Below are positions 35,193 to 46,806 of a stretch of 64,000 nt of DNA, in pieces; the first letter of the stretch is position 1, and each line of letters begins with the position of its first letter. A program made the position numbers and the translations under genes. The notes below the pieces were generated by a model that did not search any database, had not been told where the DNA came from, and saw only the letters and a list, made by a program, of their open reading frames with translations. Source of the stretch: Eledone cirrhosa (Eukaryota). Location of the stretch: contig OZ024742.1 in assembly GCA_964016885.1 (NCBI GenBank), forward strand, positions 371,504,001-371,568,000, read 5' to 3'.

Positions 35193-38100
35193 TCAGCATG
35201 TACCCATGGGAGGTCGGGTACCCTGTATTACTGCGTGACGCCAGAAGTCACGGTCGTGTGTCATTGACTTTGAGAGGTGTAGTTGGGTAAGGTCGGCTTT
35301 TATCACCTCATCCCAAGTCATCTTGGGTCTCCCCACTCCGCGGTTTCCATCAACTTCTAGTGCTCTGCACCTTTTTATGCAGCTGTCATCCTTCATACGC
35401 ATCACATGTCCATACCAGCGTAACCGCCTCTCCTGCACGCAGCATTTGATTCCTCTTATGCTCAGTCTCTCTCTCAATTCCTTTATGCTTTGTCGTTCAC
35501 GTATATTACTGTTACACATCCATCGGAGCATGCAGGCTTCGTTTCTCTCTAATCTACGTAAGTCTTCCACCTTCAGCGCCCAGGTCTCACTACCATGCAA
35601 CATCGCTGTTCGGATACACGCATCATACAGTCTGCCTTTCATTCTGAGGGAGAAGCCTTTTGCAGCTAGCAGTGGTAGTAGTTCCCTAAACTTCTTCCAT
35701 CCCGTTCTTACCCTAGTTATTGTACTTTCTGAGCACCCACCTCCGTTGCTAATTCGGTCACCTAGGTAGCAGAAGCTGTCTACTGTTTCTACAGGGCCCT
35801 CCCAGAGATTGGTGGTACTTGTTTCCTGTGGCTGTTTGCTTGCTGTTTCAGCACAGCTGCTGCATGTGAATCCTACATTCTTAATTAAGCTTCCTGAGAT
35901 CCCGCTACATCTCTTGTGTACCCATTGTTTGCATTTGGAGCAGAGAATGGAGTTCCTACCTACACCTTTCCTACATACTGAGCAAGGCCATTTCCCTGAG
36001 GGGATCTGGGTTCTGTTTTCTCGTCTACTTATAAGGACCTTAGTCTTTGTCATGTTGACTTTGAGGCCCTTTCTCTCTAGTCCCTGCTTCCAGGTTTGGA
36101 ATTTATTCTCTAGTTCTACCATAGATTCAGCTATGAGTGCGAGGTCATCAGCATACAGGAGTTCCCATGGGCATCCGGTCTTAAACTCCTCCGTTATTGC
36201 CTGCAGGACTATGATGAACAGGAGAGGGCTAAGAACAGAGCCCTGGTGGACCCCAACCTGTACGCTAAATTCCTCGCTATACTCATTGCCAATCCTAACT
36301 TTGCTGACTGCTCCCCTATACATGGCTTGTACCGCTTTCACAAGCCATTCATCTACTCCTAGTTTTCTAAGAGCCCACCAGATTACTGCACGTGGAACTC
36401 TGTCAAAGGCTTTCTCAAGGTCGACAAATGCCAAGTAGAGTGGCTTACTTTTAGCTAGGTACTTTTCCTGTAATTGCCTCACAAGGAAGAGGGCATCAGT
36501 GGTGCCTTTCCCTGGTACAAACCCAAATTGCATCTCGTCTATATTCACCCGGTCCCTAATCAGCTGTGCTATAACTCTTTCTGTTACTTTCATGACCTGG
36601 TCCATCAACTTTATACCTCTATAGTTTCCTCTATCTAGTGCATCGCCTTTACCTTTGTAGCAGTTGACAATGATGCTACTGCACCAGTCTTTTGGTATGG
36701 CCCCCTCTAGTATTACCTGGTTAACGATACGTGTGGTTATAGTGTGACCTACAGACCCAGATGCCTTCAGCATCTCGGCAGCTATACCCGATGGACCGGT
36801 TGCCTTCCCTATCTTCATATCTCTGATTGCCTTACTTACTACGCTGCCGCTGACTTGTACTGCTGGTCCCTCTATAGGGTCTACGTGGGGTAGGGTCTCT
36901 TCTTCCCATGCATTCTCCTCATTTAGTAATCTATCATAATGACTCTTCCATGCATCTTTCTTCTCAGCACTTGTGAGGGCAAGCTCACCTTTATCATTCC
37001 GGATACACTTCTCTCCAATGACATCACAACTATCTCTGACACACTGCCTCGCAATCTTGAATACCTCCTGTTTCTGGTCCTCACGTTGTAAAACATGCTT
37101 GAATTTTCTATCCTCTGCTTCCCTCCTAGCTAAGTATACTTGTCGCCTAGCTTCCCTCTTGGTCTCTATGTAATGTACCCTGCTCCCCCCGTTCTTCCAT
37201 TCTTTCCATGCCTGTCTCTTGGCCTTGACTGCTTCATCTACCTTATTGTTCCACCACCAAGTCACTCTCCTCCTGCTTGAGGTCTTACTCCAGCCACAAA
37301 CCTCATCCGTCGCCTCTAGTAAGTTATTTTTTAGGAACTCCCAGTTCTCTTCTACGTTAAATGTCTCTATCTGTTCTTCTTTACTGTCGTAGGCGTTGAG
37401 TAAAATATCTTTAAATCTTTTACTGGTTGAGGGGACTTTCAGCTTCCAGATCTTTCTTCTCCAGGTTGGCCTCTGTTTCAGGGCTCGTCTAGTTCTGACC
37501 GTGAGGTCGCTGACAACTAAGCTATGTTGGGATGTACATTCCTCACTAGGGAAGGCTTTTGTGTTTACGACCGTCCATCTGTCACGTCCTCTGATGAGGA
37601 TAAAATCTAACTGACTAGAGTGCTCCCCTGATCTATAGGTGATCAGGTGGTTGTCGGGTTTTTTAAAGTTTGTGTTACATATCGACATGTCATTGGCGTC
37701 GCAGAATTCTAGAAGTCTGAATCCTTCCTCATTCCTTGTGCCAACTCCATGGCCTCCATGTACTCTATTGAAGCCGTCGCAGTGTTTACCTACGTGTCCG
37801 TTAAAATCTCCTGCAATGATTAGGAAGTCCTTGTCGTCTGTTAGAGCAGTAGTGTGTATTAGGGACTCGTAAAACCTATCCTTAAGTTCGTCTGGCAGCC
37901 CCGATTGGGGTGCGTAAGCTGATATTATTGTGGTAATTGTCTTATTCAGGACTAGTCTGAGTTTAATGATTCTTGCATTTACCCTGTACACTGAGATTAC
38001 TTTATCTACCCACTTGTCAGCTAATAGTATACCTACACCACCCATCCCATCGTCATTTCCCACCCAGAAAAATTTGTAGCACTGGCTTTTTCCTACAAGG

Positions 38101-38312
38101 ACTCTAGCAGACCCTCCTCTCCATCTAGTCTCTTGCACACAGCATACATCAACTTCCTTTCGCTCTAGCATTTCTACGATTTCTCCTGCTCTTCCTTTCA
38201 TTGAGCCTACATTGATGGTACCAACTCGGAGTTTTGGGCATTTGTCGACACTCGTAGGGGAGGGTCTCTGGGTTGGCGCTTCACGTGGGTGCTTGGTAGC
38301 TCGTAGATTCAT
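35193..38312 (-). CDS. RTE ORF: AP endonuclease, reverse transcriptase and PHD-type zinc finger (1039 aa, intact)
   Basis: GTINV, QETRW, SAYAPQ, AGDFNGHVG, QLDFIL, SQH (APE); NYRGIKL, FVDLEKAFD, QGSVLSP, YADD (RT); ATG start, no stops. Confidence 0.95.
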   Translation of the reverse strand: MNLRATKHPREAPTQRPSPTSVDKCPKLRVGTINVGSMKGRAGEIVEMLERKEVDVCCVQETRWRGGSARVLVGKSQCYKFFWVGNDDGMGGVGILLADKWVDKVISVYRVNARIIKLRLVLNKTITTIISAYAPQSGLPDELKDRFYESLIHTTALTDDKDFLIIAGDFNGHVGKHCDGFNRVHGGHGVGTRNEEGFRLLEFCDANDMSICNTNFKKPDNHLITYRSGEHSSQLDFILIRGRDRWTVVNTKAFPSEECTSQHSLVVSDLTVRTRRALKQRPTWRRKIWKLKVPSTSKRFKDILLNAYDSKEEQIETFNVEENWEFLKNNLLEATDEVCGWSKTSSRRRVTWWWNNKVDEAVKAKRQAWKEWKNGGSRVHYIETKREARRQVYLARREAEDRKFKHVLQREDQKQEVFKIARQCVRDSCDVIGEKCIRNDKGELALTSAEKKDAWKSHYDRLLNEENAWEEETLPHVDPIEGPAVQVSGSVVSKAIRDMKIGKATGPSGIAAEMLKASGSVGHTITTRIVNQVILEGAIPKDWCSSIIVNCYKGKGDALDRGNYRGIKLMDQVMKVTERVIAQLIRDRVNIDEMQFGFVPGKGTTDALFLVRQLQEKYLAKSKPLYLAFVDLEKAFDRVPRAVIWWALRKLGVDEWLVKAVQAMYRGAVSKVRIGNEYSEEFSVQVGVHQGSVLSPLLFIIVLQAITEEFKTGCPWELLYADDLALIAESMVELENKFQTWKQGLERKGLKVNMTKTKVLISRRENRTQIPSGKWPCSVCRKGVGRNSILCSKCKQWVHKRCSGISGSLIKNVGFTCSSCAETASKQPQETSTTNLWEGPVETVDSFCYLGDRISNGGGCSESTITRVRTGWKKFRELLPLLAAKGFSLRMKGRLYDACIRTAMLHGSETWALKVEDLRRLERNEACMLRWMCNSNIRERQSIKELRERLSIRGIKCCVQERRLRWYGHVMRMKDDSCIKRCRALEVDGNRGVGRPKMTWDEVIKADLTQLHLSKSMTHDRDFWRHAVIQGTRPPMGTC

Positions 38313-38553
38313 ATTTCATCTATTGATTCAGAGTTGCTCGTGTATTCCCAGCTCATCCATCCATAACGGTGGGAAAATTGAGGGCTAGAAGAACAGTGGT
38401 GGTGGGGTAATGGCAGGGTGTGTTGGGATGCGCCAGAGGAGGAGAGAGTTAGTTAGGCAGGTAGTAGCAGCAGCAGTGGAAATGGCATGCTAGGTTTGAT
38501 TGGTCGAATAGACTATGGTGGTGTGTGGGGGTGGGGGGGAGGGAAATTGTGAG

Positions 38554-39835
38554 GTAGGAACTGAGGGTCGCATGGTAAATATCCAAGTTAATACTACATC
38601 AGTAAAATTAACAATAATAACGTCATGAAAAACTACTAAGAGAAACCCTCGAAAATTTATCGCTAATACAGCAGGGAAAATTTAACGCTAATACAGCAGG
38701 GAACATCATAATATTAACGACAATATGTAGGCTAAAATACCTTCGTAGATTAGATGGATGGCTGGAATAATTGGAATCAGCTCTAGTGATACATTTTAGC
38801 AGAGAAGAATGGGAAAGTGTCTTATCTCTTCAATATTTTCAGATTGAATGAATTAGGTTAAAGACAGGGTAGTAGCCTTAAAGAAGTGCATAAAGAGGGG
38901 GGGGGGGGGTAGGAACTGAGGGTCGCATGGTAAATAACTGAGAGAGATACAATAGAATTAGAATACCGCATGGTAAATATCCAAGTTAATAAGTTAATAC
39001 TACATCAGTAAAATTAACAATAATAACGTCATGAAAAACTACTAAGAGAAACCCTCGAAAATTTATCGCTAATACAGCAGGGAAAATTTAACGCTAATAC
39101 AGCAGGGAACATCATAATATTAACGACAATATGTAGGCTAAAATACCTTCGTAGATTAGATGGATGGCTGGAAAAATTGGAATCAGCTCTAGTGATACAT
39201 TTTAGCAGAGAAGAATGGGAAAGTGTCTTATCTCTTCAATATTTTCAGATTGAATGAATTAGGTTAAAGACAGGGTAGTAGCCTTAAAGAAGTCCATAGA
39301 GAGGGGGGGGGGGTAGGAACTGAGGGTCGCATGGTAAATAACTGAGAGAGATACAATAGGATTAGAATACCGCATGGTAAATATCCAAGTTAATAAGTTA
39401 ATACTACATCAGTAAAATTAACAATAATAACGTCATGAAAAACTACTAAGAGAAACCCTCGAAAATTTATCGCTAATACAGCAGGGAAAATTTAACTCTA
39501 ATACAGCAGGGAACATCATAATATTAACGACAATATGTAGGCTAAAATACCTTCGTAGATTAGATGGATGGCTGGAAAAATTGGAATCAGCTCTAGTGGT
39601 ACATTTTAGCAGAGAAGAATGGGAAAGTGTCTTATCTCTTCAATATTTTCAGATTGAATGAATTAGGTTAAAGACAGGGTAGTAGCCTTAAAGAAGTGCA
39701 TAGAGAGGGGGGGGGGGGGGTAGGAACTGAGAGTCGCATGGCAAATAACTGAGAGAGATACAATAGGATTAGAATACCGCATGGTAAATATCCAAGTTAA
39801 TAAGTTAATACTACATCAGTAAAATTAACAATAAT
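38554..39835 (-). repeat. About 405-bp tandem monomers (about 3.3 copies) upstream of the RTE ORF
   Basis: gtaggaactgag(g/a)gtcgcatgg recurs at about 38554, 38909, 39313 and 39720 with near-identical intervening sequence. Confidence 0.92.
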
Positions 39836-40648
39836 ATATAAACATATATAATAAATACAATTAATTATTGCTAGGAACATATAAACATATATAATAAATA
39901 CAATTAATTATTGCTAGGAACATATAAACATATATAATAAATACAATTAATTATTGCTAGGAACATATAAACATATAATAAGTACAATTAATTATTGTTA
40001 GGAACATATAAACATATATAATAAATACAATTAATTATTGCTAGGAACATATAAACATATATATTAAATACAATTAATTATTGCTAGGAACATATAAACA
40101 TATATAATAAATATAATTAATTATTGCTAGGAACATATAAACATATATAATAAATATAATTAATTATTGCTAGGAACATATAAACATATAATTAATTATT
40201 GCTAGGAACATATATAATAAATACAATTAACTATTGCTAGGAACATATAAACATATATAATAAATACAATTAATTATTGTTAGGAACATATAAACATATA
40301 TAATAAATAAAATTAATTATTGTTAGGAACATATAAACATATATAATAAATACAATTAATTATTGCTAGGAACATATAAACATATAATTAATTATTGCTA
40401 GGAACATATATAATAAATACAATTAACTATTGCTAGGAACATATAAACATATATAATAAATACAATTAATTATTGTTAGGAACATATAAACATATATAAT
40501 AAATGAAATTAATTATTGTTAGGAACATATAAACATATATAATAAATACAATTAATTATTGCTAGGAACATATAAACATATAATTAATTATTGCTAGGAA
40601 CATATATAATAAATACAATTAACTATTGCTAGGAACATATAAACATAT

Positions 40649-41231
40649 ATCATCATCATCATCATCATCATCAACGTTTAACGTCCGTGTTCCACGCTTG
40701 CATGGGTTTGGACGGGGGTAGTCCCACTTGAGGCAAGAGTGATTGTCTTGCTCGCATAGGACTGTCTGGCAGGTTTTCTACAGTTGGATGCCCTTCCTAA
40801 CACCAACCACATTTACAGTGTGGGTCTGGGAGGTTTTTACCGTGTTGCCTACACGGCCACATTACAGCGTGGACTGTGTGTTTTTTTGTCGTGACACCTA
40901 CACGATCTCATTTGTTTCGGCCTCGATGGCGCGGCACCAACATAACTTTACATAGAACGGGGTGGTGTGGATCGGGTGGGGGTGGTGGGACGGGGTGTAT
41001 TTGTTAGAGATGCCTACTGGCTGGAGTAGGTTTTACTATATATTTAGGTAAGGCGGGTCTTCTCTGTTACTGAGTACCGCCAAAGGTCTCGGTCCAGTGA
41101 CATTGTCTTGGAGAGGTGTAAGTGTGTGATGTCGGAGTTTATCAGCTCGTCCCAGGTTTTTCTAGGTCTGCCTATTCCGTGACTACCGTCTATCTTTATT
41201 GCCCTGCACTTTGTTATACAGCTATCGACTT
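40649..41231 (-). mobile_element. RTE family B, 5'-truncated (about 580 bp)
   Basis: Near-identical to 56875-57461; (CAT)n tail. Confidence 0.95.
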
Positions 41232-43361
41232 ATACAATTAATTATTGTTAGGAACATATAAACATATATAATAAATACAATTAATTATTGTTAGGAACAT
41301 ATAAACAAATATAATAAATACAATTAATTATTGCTAGGAACACATAAACATATATAATAAATACAATTAATTATTGCTAGGAGCATATAAACATATATAA
41401 TAAATACAATTAATTATTGTTAGGAACATATAAACATATAATAAATACAATTAATTATTGCTAGGAACATATAAACATATATAATAAATACAATTATTGA
41501 TAGGAACATATAAACATATATAATAAATACAATTAATTATTGCTAGGAACATATAAACATATATATTAAATACAATTAATTATTGCTAGGAACATATAAA
41601 CATATATAATAAATACAATTAATTATTGTTAGGAACATATAAACATATATAATAAATACAATTAATTATTGCTAGGAACATATAAACATATATAATAAAT
41701 ACAATTAATTATTGCTAGGAACATAGAAACATAAATAATAAATACAATTAATTATTGCTAGGAACATATAAACATATATAATAAATATAGTTAATTATTG
41801 CTAGGAACATATAAACATATATAATAAATACAATTAACTATTGCTAGGAACATATAAACATATATAATAAATACAATTATTGATAGGAACATATAAACAT
41901 ATATAATAAATACAATTAATTATTGCTAGGAACATATAAACATATATATTAAATACAATTAATTATTGCTAGGAACATATAAACATATATAATAAATACA
42001 ATTAATTATTGCTAGGAACATATAAACATATATAATAAATACAATTAATTATTGCTAGGAACATAGAAACATAAATAATAAATACAATTAATTATTGCTA
42101 GGAACATATAAACATATATAATAAATATAGTTAATTATTGCTAGGAACATATAAACATATATAATAAATACAATTAACTATTGCTAGGAACAAATAAACA
42201 TATATAATAAATACAATTAATTATTGCTAGGAACATATAAACATATATAATAAATACAATTAACTACTGCTAGGAACAAATAAACATATATAATAAATAC
42301 AATTAACTATTGCTAGGAACATATAAACATATATAATAAATACAATTAATTATTGTTAGGAACATATAAACAAATATAATAAATACAATTAATTATTGCT
42401 AGGAACATATAAACATATATAATAAATACAATTAATTATTGCTAGGAACATATAAACATATATAATAAATACAATTAATTATTGTTAGGAACATATAAAC
42501 ATATATAATAAATACAATTAATTATTGCTAGGAACATATAAACATATATAATATATACAATTAATTATTGCTAGGAACATATAAACATATATAATAAATA
42601 CAATTAATTATTGCTAGGAACATATAAACATATATAATAAATACAATTAATTATTGCTAGGAACATATAAACATATATAATAAATACAATTAATTATTGA
42701 TAGGAACATATAAACATATATAATAAATACAATTAATTATTGCTAGGAACATATAAACATATAATAAATACAATTAATTATTGTTAGGAGCATATAAACA
42801 TATATAATAAATACAATTAATTATTGTTAGGAACAAATAAACATATATAATGAATACAATTAACTATTGCTAGGAACATATAAACATATATAATAAATAC
42901 AATTAACTATTGCTAGGAACATATAAACATATATAATAGATACAATTAATTATTGCTAGGAACATATAAACATATATAATAAATACAATTAATTATTGCT
43001 AGGAACATATAAACATATATAATAGATACAATTAATTATTGCTAGGAACATATAAACATATATAATAAATACAATTAACTATTGCTAGGAACATATAAAC
43101 ATATATAATGAATACAATTAATTATTGCTAGGAACAAATAAACATATATAATAAATACAATTAATTATTGTTAGGAACATATAAACAATAAATAAATACA
43201 ATTAATTATTGCTAAGAACATATAAACATATATAATAAATACAATTAATTATTGCTAGGAACATATAAACATATATATTAAATACAATTAACTACTGCTA
43301 GGAACATGTAAACATATATAATAAATACAATTAACTATTGCTAGGAACATATAAACATATG

Positions 43362-43406
43362 TCATCATCATCATCATCAACGTTTAACGTCCGTGTTCCA
43401 CGCTTG
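43362..43406 (-). mobile_element. RTE family B terminal 45-bp insertion
   Basis: tcatcatcatcatcatcaacgtttaacgtccgtgttccacgcttg embedded in the satellite. Confidence 0.9.
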
Positions 43407-46015
43407 AATAAATACAATTAATTATTGCCAGGAACAAATAAACATATATAATAAATACAATTAATTATTGTTAGGAACATATAAACAATAAATAAATACA
43501 ATTAATTATTGCTAGGAACATATAAACATATATAATAAATACAATTAACTACTGCTAGGAACAAATAAACATATATAATAAATACAATTAACTATTGCTA
43601 GGAACATATAAACATATAATAAATACAGTTAATTATTGCTAGGAGCATATAAACATATATAATAAATACAATTAATTATTGTTAGGAACATATAAACATA
43701 TAATAAATACAATTAACTATTGCTAGGAACATATAAACATATATAATAGATACAATTAATTATTGCTAGGAACATATAAACATATATAATAAATACAATT
43801 AACTATTGCGAGGAACATATAAACATATATAATAAATAAAATTAATTATTGTTAGGAACAAATAAACATATATAATAAATAAAATTAATTATTGTTAGGA
43901 ACATATAAACATATATAATAAATAAAATTAATTATTGCTAGGAACATATGAACATATATAATAAATACAATTAATTATTGCTAGGAACATATAAACATAT
44001 ATAATAAATACAATTAATTATTGCTAGGAACATATAAACATATATAATAAACACAATTAATTATTGCTAGGAACATATAAACATATATAATAAATACAAT
44101 TAACTATTGCTAGGAACATATAAACATAATAAATACAATTAATTATTGCTAGGAACATATAAACATATATAATAAATACAATTAATTATGGCTAGGAACA
44201 TATAAAGATATATAATAAATACAATTAACTATTGCTAGGAACAAATAAACATATATAATAAATACAATTAACTATTGCTAGGAACATATAAACATATATA
44301 ATAAATAAAATTAATTATTGTTAGGAACATATAAACATATATAATAAATAAAATTAATTATTGTTAGGAACATATAAACATATATAATAAATACAATTAA
44401 TTATTGCTAGGAACATATAAACATATATAATAAATAAAATTAATTATTGCTAGGAACATATAAACATATATAATAAATACAATTAATTATTGCTAGGAAC
44501 AAATAAACATATATAATAAATACAATTAACTACTGCTAGGAACATATAAACATATATAATAGATACAATTAATTATTGCTAGGAACATATAAACATATAT
44601 AATAAATACAATTAATTATTGATAGGAACATATAAACATATATAATAAATACAATTAATTATTGCTAGGAACATATAATAAATACAATTAATTATTGCTA
44701 GGAACATATAAACATATATAATAAATACAATTAATTATTGTTAGGAACAAATAAACATATAATAAATACAATTAATTATTGCTAGGAACATATAAACATA
44801 TATAATAAATACAATTAATTATTTCTAGGAACATATAAACATATATAAATACAATTAATTATTGTTAGGAACATATAAACATAATAAATACAATTAATTA
44901 TTGTTAGGAACATATTAACACATATAATAAATACAATTAATTATGGCTAGGAACATGTAAACATATATAATAAATACAATTAACTATTGCTAGGAACATA
45001 TAAACATATATAATAAATACAATTAACTATTGCTAGGAACATATAAACATATATAATAAATACAATTAACTATTTCCAGGAACAAATAAACATATATAAT
45101 AAATACAATTAATTATTGTTAGGAACATATAAACAATAAATAAATACAATTAATTATTGTTAGGAACATATAAACAATAAATAAATACAATTAATTATTG
45201 CCAGGAACAAATAAACATATATAATAAATACAATTAATTATTGTTAGGAACATATAAACAATAAATAAATACAATTAATTATTGCTAGGAACATATAAAC
45301 ATATATAATAAATACAATTAATTATTGCTAGGAACATATAAACATATATAATAAATACAATTAACTACTGCTAGGAACAGGTAAACATATATAATAAATA
45401 CAATTAACTATTGCTAGGAACATATAAACATATATAATAAATACAATTAATTATTACAAGGAACAAATAAACATATATAATAAATACAATTAATTATTGC
45501 TAGGAACATATAAACATATATAATAAATACAATTAACTACTGCTAGGAACAAATAAACATATATAATAAATACAATTAACTATTGCTAGGAACATATAAA
45601 TATATAATAAATACAGTTAATTATTGCTAGGAGCATATAAACATATATAATAAATACAATTAATTATTGTTAGGAACATATAAACATATAATAAATACAA
45701 TTAACTATTGCTAGGAACATATAAACATATATAATAGATACAATTAATTATTGCTAGGAACATATAAACATATATAATAAATACAATTAACTATTGCTAG
45801 GAACAAATAAACATATATAATAAATACAATTAACTATTGCTAGGAACATATAAACATATATAATGAATAAAATTAATTATTGTTAGTGTATTTATTATAT
45901 ATGTTTATTTGTTCCTAACAATAATTAATTGTATTTATTATATATGTTTATATGTTCCTAGCAATAATTAATTGTATTTATTATATGTTCATATGTTCCT
46001 AGCAATAATTAATTG

Positions 46016-46806
46016 CTACCACTGCTAGCTGCAAAAGGCTTCTCCCTCAGAATGAAAGGCAGACTGTATGATGCGTGTATCCGAACAGCGATGTTGCATG
46101 GTAGTGAGACCTGGGCGCTGAAGGTGGAAGACTTACGTAGATTTGAGAGAAACGAAGCCTGCATGCTCCGATGGATGTGTAACAGTAATATACGTGAACG
46201 ACAAAGCATAAAGGAATTGAGAGAGAGACTGAGCATAAGAGGAATCAAATGCTGCGTGCAGGAGAGGCGGTTACGCTGGTATGGACATGTGATGCGTATG
46301 AAGGATGACAGCTGCATAAAAAGGTGCAGAGCACTAGAAGTTGATGGAAGCCGCGGAGTGGGGAGACCCAAGATGACTTGGGATGAGGTGATAAAAGCCG
46401 ACCTTACCCAACTACACCTCTCAAAGTCAATGACACACGACCGTGACTTCTGGCGTCACGCAGTAATACAGGGTACCCGACCTCCCATGGGTACATGCTG
46501 ATGCATATAAACAATATGCCCCCCCCCCCCCCCCTCCACCGCAAGGTGGCCGTGGAGGTGCCACGGCAAAAAAGCACCCAGCCCACACTGTAAAGTGGAC
46601 GTGTAGGCGCCACGAAAAAGCACCCAGCACTCACTGTAAATGAGGTTGGTGTTAGGAAGGGCATCCAGCTGTAGAAATCAAGCCAGATCAGTTCCTGTAT
46701 GAGCAAGGCATGGTCAGCCGACCAGACACTGCCCACAACAGGACAACCCGTCTAACCCATGCTAGCGTGGAAGAACGGACGTAAAACGGTGATGATGATG
46801 ATGATG
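46016..46806 (+). mobile_element. RTE family A, 5'-truncated (about 790 bp)
   Basis: LPLLAAKGFSLRMKGRLYD...RPPMGTC*, 3'UTR and (GAT)n tail. Confidence 0.95.

Larger units (their letters stand above)
34891..39835 (-). mobile_element. RTE LINE family A, apparently full-length
   Basis: (ATC)n tail at 34891, 3'UTR, uninterrupted 1039-aa ORF, then about 1.5 kb of 5' sequence with tandem monomers; the satellite resumes in register at 39836. Confidence 0.95.

Noticed and set aside
35323-37872. Antisense ORFs of 66-209 aa, repeated in each RTE copy
   Set aside because: Shadow frames of the RTE ORF; recurrence reflects copy identity and no motifs are recognisable.
38313-39835. Self-cleaving ribozyme (HDV-like or hammerhead) in the RTE 5' region
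   Set aside because: Looked for CTGATGA...GAAA and a nested double pseudoknot by eye and found none; a covariance-model search would be needed to exclude it.
40610-41270. Long target-site duplications around RTE insertions in the satellite
   Set aside because: Flanks are repeat monomers and differ at variant positions, so TSDs cannot be distinguished from array periodicity.
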